Assembly (NCBI RefSeq): GCF_009914755.1
Contig: NC_060943.1
Source of the DNA: the human T2T-CHM13v2.0 reference genome, Homo sapiens
DNA: 64,000 nucleotides
Reading direction: 5' to 3' (one strand)
Shown: positions 46,176-64,000 of the stretch, piece after piece
Numbering within the stretch: position 1 is the stretch's first letter
How the letters are laid out: each line of letters opens with the position of its first letter
Position numbers and translations under genes: made by a program
Notes under the pieces: generated by a model
What the model was told of the DNA's origin: nothing
Seen by the model: only the letters and a program-made list of their open reading frames with translations
Database searches by the model: none

Positions 46176-46982
46176 GGGCCCCATCTCTCTGAGCTCACCC
46201 AAGACCCTTAAACCAGGGCCCGGGGCCAACATTGAGCAGGCAAGGGAAAGACTACCAGGAGATGAGAGGAGGCTGCCTGGAACTCAGATTTGCACAGAGC
46301 CTGAAAGGGCGTGGGAGACCTTGGCAGAGGCCTGCATCAGGAAGAGGATGTTGGGGACTCAGCAGAGCCCCCTGCGCCACAAGCAGATGTGGCCGATCTC
46401 CCAGGTGTTACTCAGTGAGGATGCGAAGATCAGTGTCCTCACTGATCTCCGCCTAACAAATTTACATCGAGCCCAAGAGATTAGGTTGGGACAAGTAAGC
46501 GTAGCCAACCAGAGAGGGAATTCAGAGGAAGGCGTGAACACTAGGGGCTTGGGCAGTCCGGGATGGCTTCCTGGAGGTGGTGACTCGTTTGTGAGATCTT
46601 GGTCTTGTCTTCCCTTTATGCCTTCTCTGGGCTCCCTATTACAATTTCAGGTCTCCAGGCCTTGGCACCCTGGGCTGGAGCGGCTTCCTCTCCATCCCTC
46701 ATGCCTGGTCACTTGGAGACAGGCTCCAGCTTCCTTGTGTCTGTGCCTGTCCACAGTGGGCCTCAGCCTCCTGGAAGAGACTGGGTGCGCTATGGGGTGG
46801 CCCCCTCAGGGCTGGTTAGACCCTGGCGCTGGGAGTGCAGGGTGAGGGGCAGTCTCGAGGGCTCCAGCCCAGCCCGCCCAGGGAGGTCCCAGCAGCAGCC
46901 CCGAGTTCTGAGCCATCTTCCTCACTCTCCTCTTGGCCTCCACAGGTGTCTCCCAGTCTGCTAAAGCCCTAAGGCCATCACC

Positions 46983-49900
46983 ATGGACTTCCAGCATCGC
47001 CCCGGGGGCAAGACCGGGAGCGGGGGCGTGGCCTCCTCCTCCGAGAGCAACCGTGACCGCAGGGAGCGCCTCCGGCAGCTGGCCCTGGAGACCATCGACA
47101 TCAACAAGGTGGGCCAGCCACCGTGCAGCTGCCTGTGGTGGGTGCTGGGCTTTCCAGGGCAGCCCTGGAGAGGGTGCCAGAGGCTCTTCTTGGGCCTCCG
47201 CCCAGGCTGGGCGATGCAGCCCCGTGTCCAGACGCTCCCCTGTTGCCCCCGAGCAGCCACAGCTCCCATCTGTCCACCCCAGAGAGCAGACCCTCTGTGG
47301 CTCTGAGTCCCATGTGGACATGTTTTGTTCTGTCCACAGCCTTCTGTTTTGCATTATTTAATTTTCTGGGAGTGGGGAGAGCTGATGTCAGTCCAGCCAG
47401 ATGTGGTGAAGGGCAGCCTTTGATTTTAGCTTGTGCAGAGGCAGGGGTGAGCCGAGTCCCCTCAGCACCGTGGACATCGGGGCTGGAGCACTCTTTGTGT
47501 ACCCTGACATGCCCCACGGGCCTGGCCTATGGCAAGGGCTCTGTTACCGTCCCCGTCTTCCAGATGAGGTCATGGGTAGAGGGGGTGCCACAGCCGCAGA
47601 TGGTGGAGTTAGACTTTGAACTCCAGCGTCTGAGACAAGATGTGTGCGCCCGGCTGCCCCAGCTTAGGGCCTGCAGATGGGCGGGTCTTTGGGTCTTCAG
47701 TGTAGCCCATTTGCTTTTCTTGTGCCTGTGTCTGCCTTGTGCCTACTGCTGGCGTGGTGGCGTGGGCAGTGGACGGCTCCCTGCCTCGGGAGTGACCGGC
47801 GGTGCTGTCCTGGCTGTGCCTCCCTCTGACTCAGAACCACCAGGAAGGTGGTGTCGGGGGCTCCCTGGGAACCCCCACTGCTCGAAGCCTGGCCCACAGC
47901 CCCAGGTGGTGACACCCGTGCTCACGAAGGCCTCCCGCTGGATCCCCCGTTTTCAGAAATGCTTGACCACTGTCAGCGGTAGCCATGCCTCTACAGAAGG
48001 GGGGTTCTGCCTCCATGCCTCTACAGAAAGGGGATCCCGCCTCTGAGGGCCTTGACGGCAGCAGGCCGCGATCTTCTGTCTAACGGGCCCCTGTTCTTCC
48101 CCTCCAGGACCCGTACTTCATGAAGAACCACCTGGGCTCCTATGAATGCAAACTCTGCCTGACACTTCACAACAATGAGGTGCGGCCTCTGCCTGGCTCC
48201 GGGCGGCTCGCGGCGGGCTGAGTGGCTGACGTCAGGGGGACCTGCCTGTGTCTGTCCGCCCGGCCTCGAGTCATGCGTGTTTCCTTTCCACTCCAGGGGA
48301 GCTACCTGGCACATACGCAGGGGAAGAAGCACCAGACCAACCTGTGAGTACCTCATGTCCCTTTGATGCCTGGTGCTCCAGCAGCCGTTGGCTCAAGTCT
48401 CTGTGAGCCTCGCGGGCCACTGCTCCACAGCCGGGGAGCCAGCCTGGCCTGAGCCTCCCTGGGCGCTGGAGTACGGTTCCTGGGGAGCATTAGAGAACAG
48501 AGGCATGGATGGCTGAGGCGGGCAGATCACTTGAGGTCAGGAGTTCGAGACCAGCCTGGCCAACATTGTGAAACTCCATCTCTACTAAAAATACAAAAAT
48601 TAGGCCAGGCATGGTGGCACACGTCTGTAATCACAGCTACTATGGAGGCTGAGGCAGGAGAATCTTGAATCTGGGAGGCAGAGATTGCAGTGAACCAAGG
48701 TGCTGCCACTGTACTCCATCCTGGGCGACAGAGTGAGACTCTTGTCTTATTAAAAAAAAAAAAAAAGAGCAGAGGCATGGAGTTGTTGGAAGGGCCCCAG
48801 CCAGGGACAGTGAGGAGCATGACAGGAAGAGAACATGCCTGTCCTATCCCTGTCCTCAGCCAAACCCCAGGGCCCCTCCCAGGCCCCTGGCCCTCCTCAT
48901 CTCTCAGCTTGTAGTGAGCTCCAAGGTCAGGGGGCTCCTGGCACCTGGGCCCATGGCTTTGGTGCCTGTGTGTGGAGGGGTCCCAGCAGCACCTCCATCC
49001 TGTCCGCAGGGCCCGGCGAGCAGCCAAGGAGGCCAAGGAGGCCCCTGCCCAGCCCGCGCCTGAGAAGGTCAAGGTGGAGGTGAAGAAGTTTGTGAAGATC
49101 GGCCGCCCGGGCTACAAAGGTGAGTCTGCCCGCAGCGGGGCCGGCCACAGCCGCTGCCGTGACATAAGTGTGTTCTTTAGTCTCCAGTGCGGGAGGTGCA
49201 GCCCTGATAGCCTCCTCCCTGAGCCACTGTTTTCCGGCCTTGGTGGCCGTCCCTCACCCACCTGCAGCCTCTGGCGTTGTGTCTGGGAGCTGTCAGGCTG
49301 GGCCCGATAAGCACCCATCTCACCCAGCAGCCCATTTCCCAGCTGAGCCACAGTCTGTGCCCTCCTGTCCGGGTCTTGTGGAAGCTTCTGGGAATTCTTG
49401 CCAAGCAAAAGAGTGGAAGTGGAGGTGTGGTGAGCCCTGGCACATCCCTCCGGTTAACCTTGAAGCCTTTGAAGGAGGACAGGGAGAAGCGGCTGTTAGA
49501 GGCAGCTCCTCCCGGACCCTCAGCAGTGGGAATGGCTAGAGGTGACCCCGGTTCAGAAAGCTGGGGAAGTGACCAGGGTGGAAGATAGAGACTTGTGTCC
49601 ATAGGGTTCAGGAAGGCGGGCACGCTACCCAGCAAGTGTTCTTTACAGAAGGCGGGGACAGCCTGTGTGCCTGGCCTCCAGACAGAAGCCTGCAGGGCAG
49701 AGGTCCCGGGGCAGGTGCACCGGGTGGGCGAGGGTGGCTAGAGCGGCAGGCTCCTGGTGGGGAGGCCCTGACAGGTCCTGGGCTTGGGCTCAGGACGGTG
49801 AGGCGGCAGAGGGCTTGTGAGTGTGCGTGTCTGAGGCCGCATGGAGAGTGGCCGGGCGGCAGGCAGCCCAGCAGCCATTCTCGGGGTCCAGGCTGCTGAG

Positions 49901-52189
49901 CTCTGGCGGGAAGGGCATCCTCTCTCGCTCACCGTATACATGGTGTCAGCCCTGTTCAGGCGGCCCCACTCGAATCCCAGAGCCAGGGTGCCGAGGGCCC
50001 CTCCCTACCCAGTGGCCCCAACTCCTGCTGGGTGGTATCCCAGCACCCCTGGTGAAGGGCTCTGGGGATTGGGACAAAGGAGCACCATCCTCGGTCCCTG
50101 CCTGAGTGACTCCGCAGGTAGCTCAGCTCTGGCGCACCTGTGCCTTCACCTATACCAGAATCCCAGAGCCTGGGCGGAGATTGTCTAATGGTTGCCAGAG
50201 CTGCAGGGCCTCCCCCAGGGTCCCGCTCTCGTTCAGTGGGTGGCATTAGCCTGCCCCAGGTTCCTCAGCTTCGGAGAGGACAAGCAGCCGGGACCTGAGA
50301 GCTTTCTGTGTTGCAGTGACCAAGCAGAGAGACTCGGAGATGGGCCAGCAGAGCCTCCTCTTCCAGGTGAGATCAGGGACTTGGGCGTGGGGGGCGGCCA
50401 AAGGCACCCAAGAGGCGGCTCTGCCACCCGGCCGTGTCCCTGCAGATTGACTACCCTGAGATCGCCGAGGGCATCATGCCACGTCACCGCTTCATGTCTG
50501 CGTACGAGCAGAGGATCGAGCCTCCGGACCGGCGCTGGCAGTACCTGCTCATGGCCGCCGAGCCCTACGAGACCATTGCCTTCAAGGTAGCGTGGCTGCG
50601 GGGTTCCCTGGGCCCCCTTGAGATGTGCAAGCCAGAAGGATCTGCATAGGCTGGGCAGGATGCCCCTCCCATCGGGCTTGGGGTCCCCTGGGCCCCCCCC
50701 AAGTCGGAGCCAGAAGGATCTGCACAGGCCGGGCAGGATGCCCCTCCCATCAGGCTTGGGGTCCCCCGGGCCCCCCCCCAAGTCGGAGCCAGAAGGGTCT
50801 GCACAGGCCGGGCAGGGCACCTCTCCCATTGGGCTCTGCAGGAGGGCCTGCTTGGGCTCCACTGGGCCAATGAGAAGGGAGGCCGGCAGGGCTGAGCGCC
50901 AGGCCTGTGAGGCCTTTGCCAAGTGACCTCACTTCCTGGGCCAGGCTGCTGGAGGGCTTCCTACAGCCTGTCCCCATGCCTGGACAGGGCGGCCATCAGG
51001 AAACAAATAATACAAACGGTGACTGCCCAGGGAGGGGGCCAACAGCGTGCTAGCATTGAGGCCAGGTCTGTTTCACTCCAGAACTGAACCCTGTGCCCCA
51101 CGAAAGTCTTACCAGCCTTCTCCTGGGCTCCCAGGGTAGAGTCCGGGCTGGGGAGGCTAGTGCCTCGGGCTCCCTGCCTGATGGTCGCCCTGAGGTCACA
51201 GGGACCAGGAGCCCTCTCTGTCCCCCGCCCTCCCAGGTGCCGAGCAGAGAGATCGACAAGGCGGAGGGCAAGTTCTGGACACACTGGAACCGGGAGACCA
51301 AGCAGGTGAGTGGCTCGCCCCGAGCCTGGCTCCTTCCCACCCAGCCCTGGCGGCCCTAGCCCTGCCCTAGCCCCACCCGTGCCTGCTGAACCTTTCTCCG
51401 TCTCTCTAGTTCTTCCTCCAGTTCCACTTTAAGATGGAGAAGCCCCCGGCTCCACCCAGCCTCCCTGCTGGCCCCCCTGGGGTGAAGCGGCCTCCACCCC
51501 CGCTGATGAACGGTCTGCCCCCTCGGCCACCGCTGCCTGAGTCTTTGCCACCGCCCCCGCCAGGAGGCCTGCCTCTGCCACCCATGCCCCCCACAGGGCC
51601 TGCGCCCTCAGGGCCCCCGGGACCACCCCAGCTACCCCCGCCAGCTCCAGGGGTCCACCCCCCGGCCCCAGTGGTGCATCCCCCTGCATCTGGGGTCCAT
51701 CCCCCAGCTCCTGGCGTCCACCCCCCAGCTCCTGGCGTCCATCCCCCAGCCCCTGGGGTCCACCCACCAACCTCTGGGGTCCACCCCCCAGCTCCTGGAG
51801 TCCACCCTCCAGCCCCCGGGGTTCACCCACCAGCCCCCGGAGTCCACCCACCAGCCCCTGGGGTTCACCCACCAGCCCCAGGGGTCCATCCTCCCCCATC
51901 AGCGGGGGTTCACCCCCAGGCCCCGGGGGTGCACCCAGCAGCCCCCGCCGTTCACCCTCAGGCCCCAGGGGTGCACCCACCAGCCCCAGGGATGCACCCT
52001 CAGGCCCCGGGGGTCCACCCCCAACCTCCCGGGGTCCATCCGTCGGCTCCTGGGGTCCACCCTCAGCCTCCGGGAGTTCACCCCTCAAATCCTGGGGTGC
52101 ACCCCCCAACTCCCATGCCCCCAATGCTGAGGCCCCCACTTCCCTCCGAAGGCCCAGGGAACATACCTCCCCCTCCCCCAACCAACTGA
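46983..52189 (+). CDS. SF3A2: Splicing factor 3A subunit 2 (SF3a66/SAP62), 464 aa
   Basis: Exons 46983-47108, 48108-48179, 48297-48343, 49010-49119, 50317-50366, 50446-50586, 51237-51305, 51410-52189 (1395 nt). [15 protein letters not shown] start, matrin-type zinc finger CKLC...H....KH, C-terminal GVHPPAP heptads. Confidence 0.98.
48510..48766 (+). mobile_element. 5'-truncated Alu
   Basis: Alu consensus; flanking AGAGGCATGGA repeat. Confidence 0.92.
50600..50835. repeat. 78/79-bp tandem repeat, 3 copies, SF3A2 intron 7
   Basis: GCCAGAAGG anchor at 50631, 50709, 50788. Confidence 0.92.
51650..52110 (+). repeat. Coding 21-bp tandem repeat encoding 22 GVHPPAP-type heptads
   Basis: Counted directly in the SF3A2 last-exon translation. 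Confidence 0.95.
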
Positions 52190-52280
52190 GAAGCTGCTCC
52201 CTCCCCCAGCAAGCCCAGCGCCAGGTGCTCTTGCCTTTTCCCACTGAGAGAAGGCTGCTCTTTTGTACTGCCCCCCGCTC

Positions 52281-52286
52281 ATTAAA
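52281..52286 (+). terminator. SF3A2 polyadenylation signal ATTAAA
   Basis: Variant hexamer about 90 nt after the stop, with TGTA upstream and GT-rich sequence downstream. Confidence 0.8.
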
Positions 52287-52739
52287 CAGCCTCCCCCAGC
52301 CCTGAGTGCACTGATGTCCGCAGCGCTGCCCTACTGTGTCAGTGTGTGTGGGAGTGCCAGGCACAGCACCATCCCCCAGTTTGGGCCGACTGGGGAGGGC
52401 CTGGGGCCCGCCAGGAGACACCTGTGGGAGGCCTGAGAGATGGCTGTACCTTGGAGATGGCCTGGTGGAGGACAGACCCCACCAGCCAGCTAGGAGGGGA
52501 TCTGGGGTCCTGTTCTGGGGAGGGAAGAGCAGACTCCACGATATCCTTGGGGTCTCCAGATAGCCCACCAGGGGTGGGGAGGGTGAGCAGGGACAGGGCG
52601 CCCCCACTGACTTGGGACCCTCCTCCTCCAGGCCCACACCTCAGCACCCAGGACATCTGGGCCCCCCGCCCCCAGCGCTGTCTAGTTTGGTTGCCTGGCC
52701 GTCACTCCCAGCCTGGTTCCCACTCCTGTGTCTTCTGGG

Positions 52740-55600
<2,861 letters not shown>

Positions 55601-55692
55601 CCCCTGCGCCGCGCGGACTCCTGCCCCGAGGGTCCGGACGCGCCCCAGCTCGCGCCCCTTCCCATATTTATTCGGACCCCAAGCATCGCCCC

Positions 55693-55698
55693 AATAAA
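55693..55698 (+). terminator. AMH polyadenylation signal AATAAA
   Basis: Canonical hexamer about 90 nt after the AMH stop. Confidence 0.9.
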
Positions 55699-55909
55699 GA
55701 CCAGCAAGCAACCGGCTGGGGTGTCCGTGCGTGTTAGGGGGCCCGTGGGACCTCCCTTGCCGTCTCTCCTCGCGCACGGCCCGGGTCCGCCCTGTAGCGC
55801 TCGCTGTCTCTCCCCTGCCTGAAGCGCCCCACCACCGTCTTTCAGGCCCCGGACTTGGTGCCGGGTCCAGGCGTAAAGGAGCAGGTGACTCTGCGGCCGC
55901 AGCACTCGC

Positions 55910-55915
55910 TTTATT
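55910..55915 (-). terminator. JSRP1 polyadenylation signal AATAAA
   Basis: TTTATT on + strand, about 55 nt past the JSRP1 stop. Confidence 0.85.
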
Positions 55916-55971
55916 TCGCCAGAGTCGCGGGGCGTCCAGAAGGGGCCCCTGGACTCCGGCGCGGGGCCGGC

Positions 55972-58957
55972 TCAGTCCCGCCCCTTGCCTGCGCGGAGCT
56001 TCTGGCGACTCCCAGGCCGCTGCTCCTCGTCGGGACGCCTCGGGGACACCCAGGCCTGCTTCTTCCTGGGCTCGGCGTCCCTGGAGTCCCGTGCCCACGG
56101 CCGGTGGCCCCCTTCGCGTGACTCCCAGCGCTGGGGTAGGGCTTCCCGGGGCTCCCTGGCGGCCCGTGGCCTCTCCTCTTTCCGCGGCCTCTCTTTCTTA
56201 GGTCTCTCCTCCTTCCGCGGCTTCTCCTTCCGCGGCTTCCCCTCTCTCCGAGGCCTCTCCTTGGGTCCCCGGTCTGCGAGGGTCACACGGTCCTCCCGGA
56301 CGGCCTCTCCGGTGGCCTCGCCGGGCTCCTCTTCGTCGTTCTCTGCAGCCTCCCGACTCCCGGGAATCTTGGGTCTGACCTCTGCCTCGGCCCGGGGCGC
56401 AGGCGGCGCTGATGGAGGCGCCTGGGCCTCGAACTTAGGCTGCAAGACAGAGTGGGGTCCTGGGGTAAGCGCCCACCTTCCCCCCGGCCCGGGCTCCTTC
56501 TTTCCTTGGGGATGAAGGTCCCAATGCCCGCGGTCAGTGGAAGGAAGCTCTTACCAGGGGCGACGATGGCTCCCTCGGGGCTGAGCTTGGCGGGACCCAG
56601 GGCTCGGGCACACGTGCTTGGAGTGCTGCCTCCCCAGGGACGGCGTCTGCAGCGACAGGGTCGGGACCCGAGTCAGCTGGGCCGAGGCACGGTCCACACT
56701 GTCCATCCCTCCCTCACCCCTAGAGCCCCCCTCCCTGGACAGTTGGAGTGGGGCTCCCCCGGTACGGCTGAGACTAAGGATGCCCCCGAGCCGTGGGAAG
56801 GGACTCCGGGACTCCGCTGCCGCGGCGCCCCTTCTCCGAACCTCGCTCTTTCAATTGGTCATTCTTCCCCCCGACCACGGGCTGTAGGAGGCCCCTAGCA
56901 AGGGAGGGGTCGCAGGAGTGCCCCCGGGGGGCGCTCACGAGCTGAGCGGTCCCCAGAGAGGGCGCAGGGGAAAGGCGGCAGAACGCTACGAGGCAGGAGG
57001 GGTTGCACAAGGTTCATCCGGAAGCCAGAACCTACTCGCGGCGAGGGGAATGGGCCCCGCAAAAGGTCCACACCGGGTGAGAGGGGCGCGCAAGGCCCGT
57101 CACTTAAGGGGAGATGCACAAACCAACTTTGGGGGCGTGCAAGACCCAGCCCTGGAGAGGAGGCTCCCAGACCCCACCCTGGCGGCACAGCGCCTTTCCT
57201 TGGAGGAATAGGCGCACAGGTGGACCCCAGCCTTGCCCCACCTCTGGGGAGCCTGCGCTCACCGCGGCACAGCTGGAAAGCCGAGCCCAGCAGCGCCACC
57301 AGCGAGGCGAGCACCAGGCACTTGTTGAGCGACAGGTCTCCCCAGGGCAGCTCCTCGCTCAGGGCCGGGGGCGGCGGCGGCGGCTGCAGGGGCGGCGCGG
57401 TCTGCGCCTTCTTGCGCGCGGGGACGCTCCGAGGGCCTGCGGGGGCAAGTGCGCGCTGCGCTGTGGTCACTGGCTCTGTGCCGCCCCCTTCCCCGGGCGC
57501 AGGGGACAAGAGACAGGCCTGTGCCCTGAACCCGGCTCTCTCTGCCTGCCTGTGCGGCCCCGGGCGCAGGTGAACCCAGCCCCGGGTGCCCCGCAGCTGC
57601 ACGGGGATGCCTAGAGTTTCTGGAAGGTAACTTCCCGGAGCTGAGTGGCATAGCTGGTATTATTACGCATTAGTAGAGGCTCCCTGCCCGTTGACTCGCT
57701 GCCTGCCACACTTCGACGCCACTCAACCAGGACACCACCCTCCAAGATCCAAGGACCCAGCTCCGGCACCTGAGCCTCACACCAGTCCGTTCCCACCCCA
57801 CACCTCACCCATGCCTCCTGCAAACCCACTCGCTCCGGCTTTCAGCCTCTCCTTCCCCGTTCCTGGGGTCCCCCTGGCGGCAGGCTCTTTTTCCATCTTC
57901 TTGGGCCTGGTGTCCACACTGGGGCCTTCAGCCACCTGAGAGTCCTGTGGTTATCACGAGACATTCCACATGTTTCCTTCCAGTGCCAAACCCTTCCCGT
58001 GGGCTTTAGACACCTGCCTCCCTTGGTCGGCTTGTCCCCAACTCCCCAGGCGTCCTGGGTTAAAGGCTGAGGGTCCCAGCTACTCACGTGGGGCACGCTG
58101 CCGGAGTCGGCCAGCCTGGGTGTCGCTGTGGGAACACAGGCAGAGTCAAGGTTGTGGGGACCCCCAGGCCAATCCCACCCTCTCCCCTGGCCCTGCTGGG
58201 TGACGTGCGGGTGACTAACCCCATCTTATAGATAAGAAAGTAGGTGGAGGCCAGCACAGTGGTTCACACCTGGAATCCAGCATTTTGGGGAGACTGAGGT
58301 GGGAGGATCACCTGAGCCCAGGAGTTTGAGACCAGCCTGGGCAACATAGTGAGACCCCATCTCTAAAAAAAAAAAAAAAAAAAAATTAGCGAGGCATGGT
58401 GGCCTGCACCTGTGGCCCCAGCTACTTGGGAGGCTGAGGCAGGAGGATCACTTGAGCCTGGGAGGTCAAGGCTGCAGTGACTTATGATCATGTCACTGTA
58501 CTCCAGCATGGAAGACAGAATGAGGCTCTGTCTCAAAAAATAATAATAAAAATATATAAAAATATAAAGAAAGCAGACAGGCTTGGAGACAGCTTTGCCC
58601 AAAGACACCCAGCATTTCAGTGGCAACGTGGGATTCGAACCTAGATCTGTGTGGCCCAGCACCTGTCTTCCTTGGGGGCTCCTTACAGACCCCTGAGGCA
58701 GAAATGAGGGCCAGGGGTTGAACATGGGGAGCACACTATAAGCCAGTCCAGTGTGGGAGGCTAAGAAGCTCTAGTCTCTGAAGATGGGCCTCCTGGCTCA
58801 AGGGGACCATCAGGGAAGGGCTTCCTCCCGCCAGCGCCACAAGGGTACCTGAAGCCCTGTCCTCCTGGGTCTCGGCCAGCGCAGAGTGGTCCTCCAGGGC
58901 CTGGCAGCTGCCCAGGCCGCCATCCAGCTCCTCCCAGGCTCTGGTTGTCATGGACAT
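55972..58957 (-). CDS. JSRP1: Junctional sarcoplasmic reticulum protein 1 (JP-45), 331 aa
   Basis: Exons 58957-58849, 58125-58088, 57944-57830, 57436-57263, 56646-56555, 56439-55972 (996 nt). [14 protein letters not shown] start, single transmembrane segment [15 protein letters not shown], basic KERPR-type repeats. Confidence 0.96.
58248..58570 (+). mobile_element. AluJ-like element (followed by a MIR fragment to about 58660)
   Basis: Alu consensus; MIR-like TTGCCCAAAGACACCCAGC...GGGATTCGAACC. Confidence 0.9.
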
Positions 58958-60025
58958 GGCTGGAGCAGCAGCAGGTCCCGGGCCAGGCTGGGAGGGGTGG
59001 GGAACAAGGTCTTGCATTTACTGAGTCTCTGCCACAGGCCTGGGCCTGACCTGGAGGTTCTGCGGACACCAACTAACAGGCCCCGTCCTCCCACCCCTCC
59101 TCACTCGGCAAATTCATACTCATGCCAGGCATGGCCCGGCGCCCACTCCAGGCATCTCTCTGACCCCGCATGCCTGCCCTGGGACCCCTCCCTACCGCCC
59201 AGCCTCACTGGGGTCCAGTATCCATCAGTACAGTAGCCCAGGCTGCTCTGGCCCAGAGAGGGCGGGAGCCCCTGCAGGACAACACAGCAATGAGTCCCAG
59301 ACGCACCCCAAACCGAAACTCTTGGCCCCAGAGTCAGCTCATGTTCTCTGAGACCAGGGACTATTTTTATCTGGTGCCTGAGGCCAGCGGGACAGGCTAA
59401 CAGGTGCCCCAGCCCCTCCCAGGCCTCTGCTCTCATGGGGTCTCCCTCTGGGCCACCCTGACCTGCCATTCTGGGCACCCACATCCTGCTGCGTGACCCT
59501 GTGAGTCTACAGGCTCAGGCCCCAGCAGCAGAACCATCCTGGCTCTGGTCGTGACAGGCCGGGGCAGGGGAGGAGGGTCCCGGTTGTGGTTGGGGGTCTT
59601 CTGATCCTGACACAGAGTACCCTGCCTTGTCCCACTAACTCTGTTCCCATAGGACAGATGAGGAAACCGAGGCTAGAGACAGTGCCATTGGCTGGAGGTC
59701 GCAAGGAGCTTCAAGTCAGACCCAAAGCTGTACTCTTCAGGGTCCCCATGGCCTCTGGCTGCTGGGATTAGGGTGTCCCTGTATCTAGGCTGAAAAACCA
59801 CCCAGCCCTGGGGCTCCAAGACCTGGAAGGGGCCTATTGCGTGGCAGTGGGGGAGGGGCCCAAGAAGCATGGGAGGCTGGTGTGTGGCCCCTGGGTGTGC
59901 ATGGGGGCAGCTCCAGGAATTGGGGACCCTTACAGTCCTCTGCAACACCCCTTCACACCCCGGGAGCCCACACCTCTGCCCGGGATTCCCCCAGCCTCAC
60001 TTCCTTACCCCCGAGCCTCGCTTAC

Positions 60026-60060
60026 CCGCCAGCCGCTTTGCTGAGCCTTGTGGACAGGAC
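60026..60060 (-). other. JSRP1: Probable JSRP1 non-coding exon 1
   Basis: Minus-strand donor CGG|gtaagc at 60025; would splice to the acceptor at 58988/58987. E-box and CCAAT motifs lie just upstream. TSS approximate. Confidence 0.6.
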
Positions 60061-60146
60061 GGAGGATGGGGAGGGTGGCCCCGTGATGGACGGCAACAGG
60101 TGGCCAGAGACCGCGGGTGGGCCAATCAGCATGCCCGCTGGAGTGA

Positions 60147-60730
<584 letters not shown>

Positions 60731-61004
60731 ATGCATTCATTCCTGCTGTTTAAAGCCACTGTATTTGGGGTCATTTGTTTCTGTGGCTCTGGCAGGCTCA
60801 TACACTCGGAACTGCCTGCTCCCACACCGTCATGCAGAGAAACCTGACGCCTCTGCTCTGGAGAGGACCCGGGCTCTCTCAGCCCCCAAAGGCACATTCT
60901 AAGGCCTGCAGGCAGATGTTTGAGCCCTACCTGCAAAGCATGGTGACTCTGGGAGTCCTGAGGGAAGAGGGGAAGTGGATTTTGGTGGTGAGGCCTGTGT
61001 GTTA

Positions 61005-61897
<893 letters not shown>

Positions 61898-61973
61898 TTA
61901 TTATTAGTTCCATATTTATTTTTATAAAGCTGGCATAATTAGCGAAGGGCTGAACATCTTGTTTGTAACCTAG

Positions 61974-62293
<320 letters not shown>

Positions 62294-62309
62294 CCTCCTA
62301 AAAGTATAT

Positions 62310-63137
<828 letters not shown>

Positions 63138-63153
63138 TCACTTAGGATGATGA

Positions 63154-63958
<805 letters not shown>

Positions 63959-64000
63959 TCTCTATGCTTAACTTTTTGAAGAGCCACCAGTCTCTCTTCC

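Noticed and set aside
45514-46845. 443-aa ORF in SF3A2 intron 1
   Set aside because: Non-ATG start; runs through a 42-bp repeat and an MLT1 LTR; no protein-family signal.
56555-57436. JSRP1 P108L and G150A variants
   Set aside because: Translation shows Pro108 and Gly150, the reference residues.
58580-58660. tRNA-like B-box (GGTTCGAATCCC on the minus strand)
   Set aside because: Part of a tRNA-derived MIR SINE remnant; no cloverleaf.

Overview
Human genomic DNA from chr19p13.3, GC-rich and Alu-dense. Gene order: 3' three-quarters of DOT1L (+, coding exons 8-28 and 3'UTR), PLEKHJ1 (-, hosting mirtrons MIR1227 and MIR6789), a shared CpG-island bidirectional promoter, SF3A2 (+), AMH (+, overlapping MIR4321) and JSRP1 (-). 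I traced exon chains by hand from splice signals. They close in frame at the known protein sizes: PLEKHJ1 149 aa, SF3A2 464 aa, AMH 560 aa, JSRP1 331 aa; DOT1L gives 1537 aa if the 651 coding nt upstream of the window are added. Most ORFs in the supplied track are GC-rich or Alu noise. The most interesting signals are: (1) several frame-compatible alternative C-terminal exons and acceptors after DOT1L exon 27, with a let-7 site whose accessibility may depend on the stop codon used; (2) a GC-AG intron in DOT1L; (3) extra mirtron-like hairpin introns; (4) several VNTRs; (5) coding alleles that differ from the reference proteins as I recall them, notably AMH Thr143Ile. I found no evidence of a wholly new gene. 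Repeat coordinates are approximate and repeat subfamilies were not computed.
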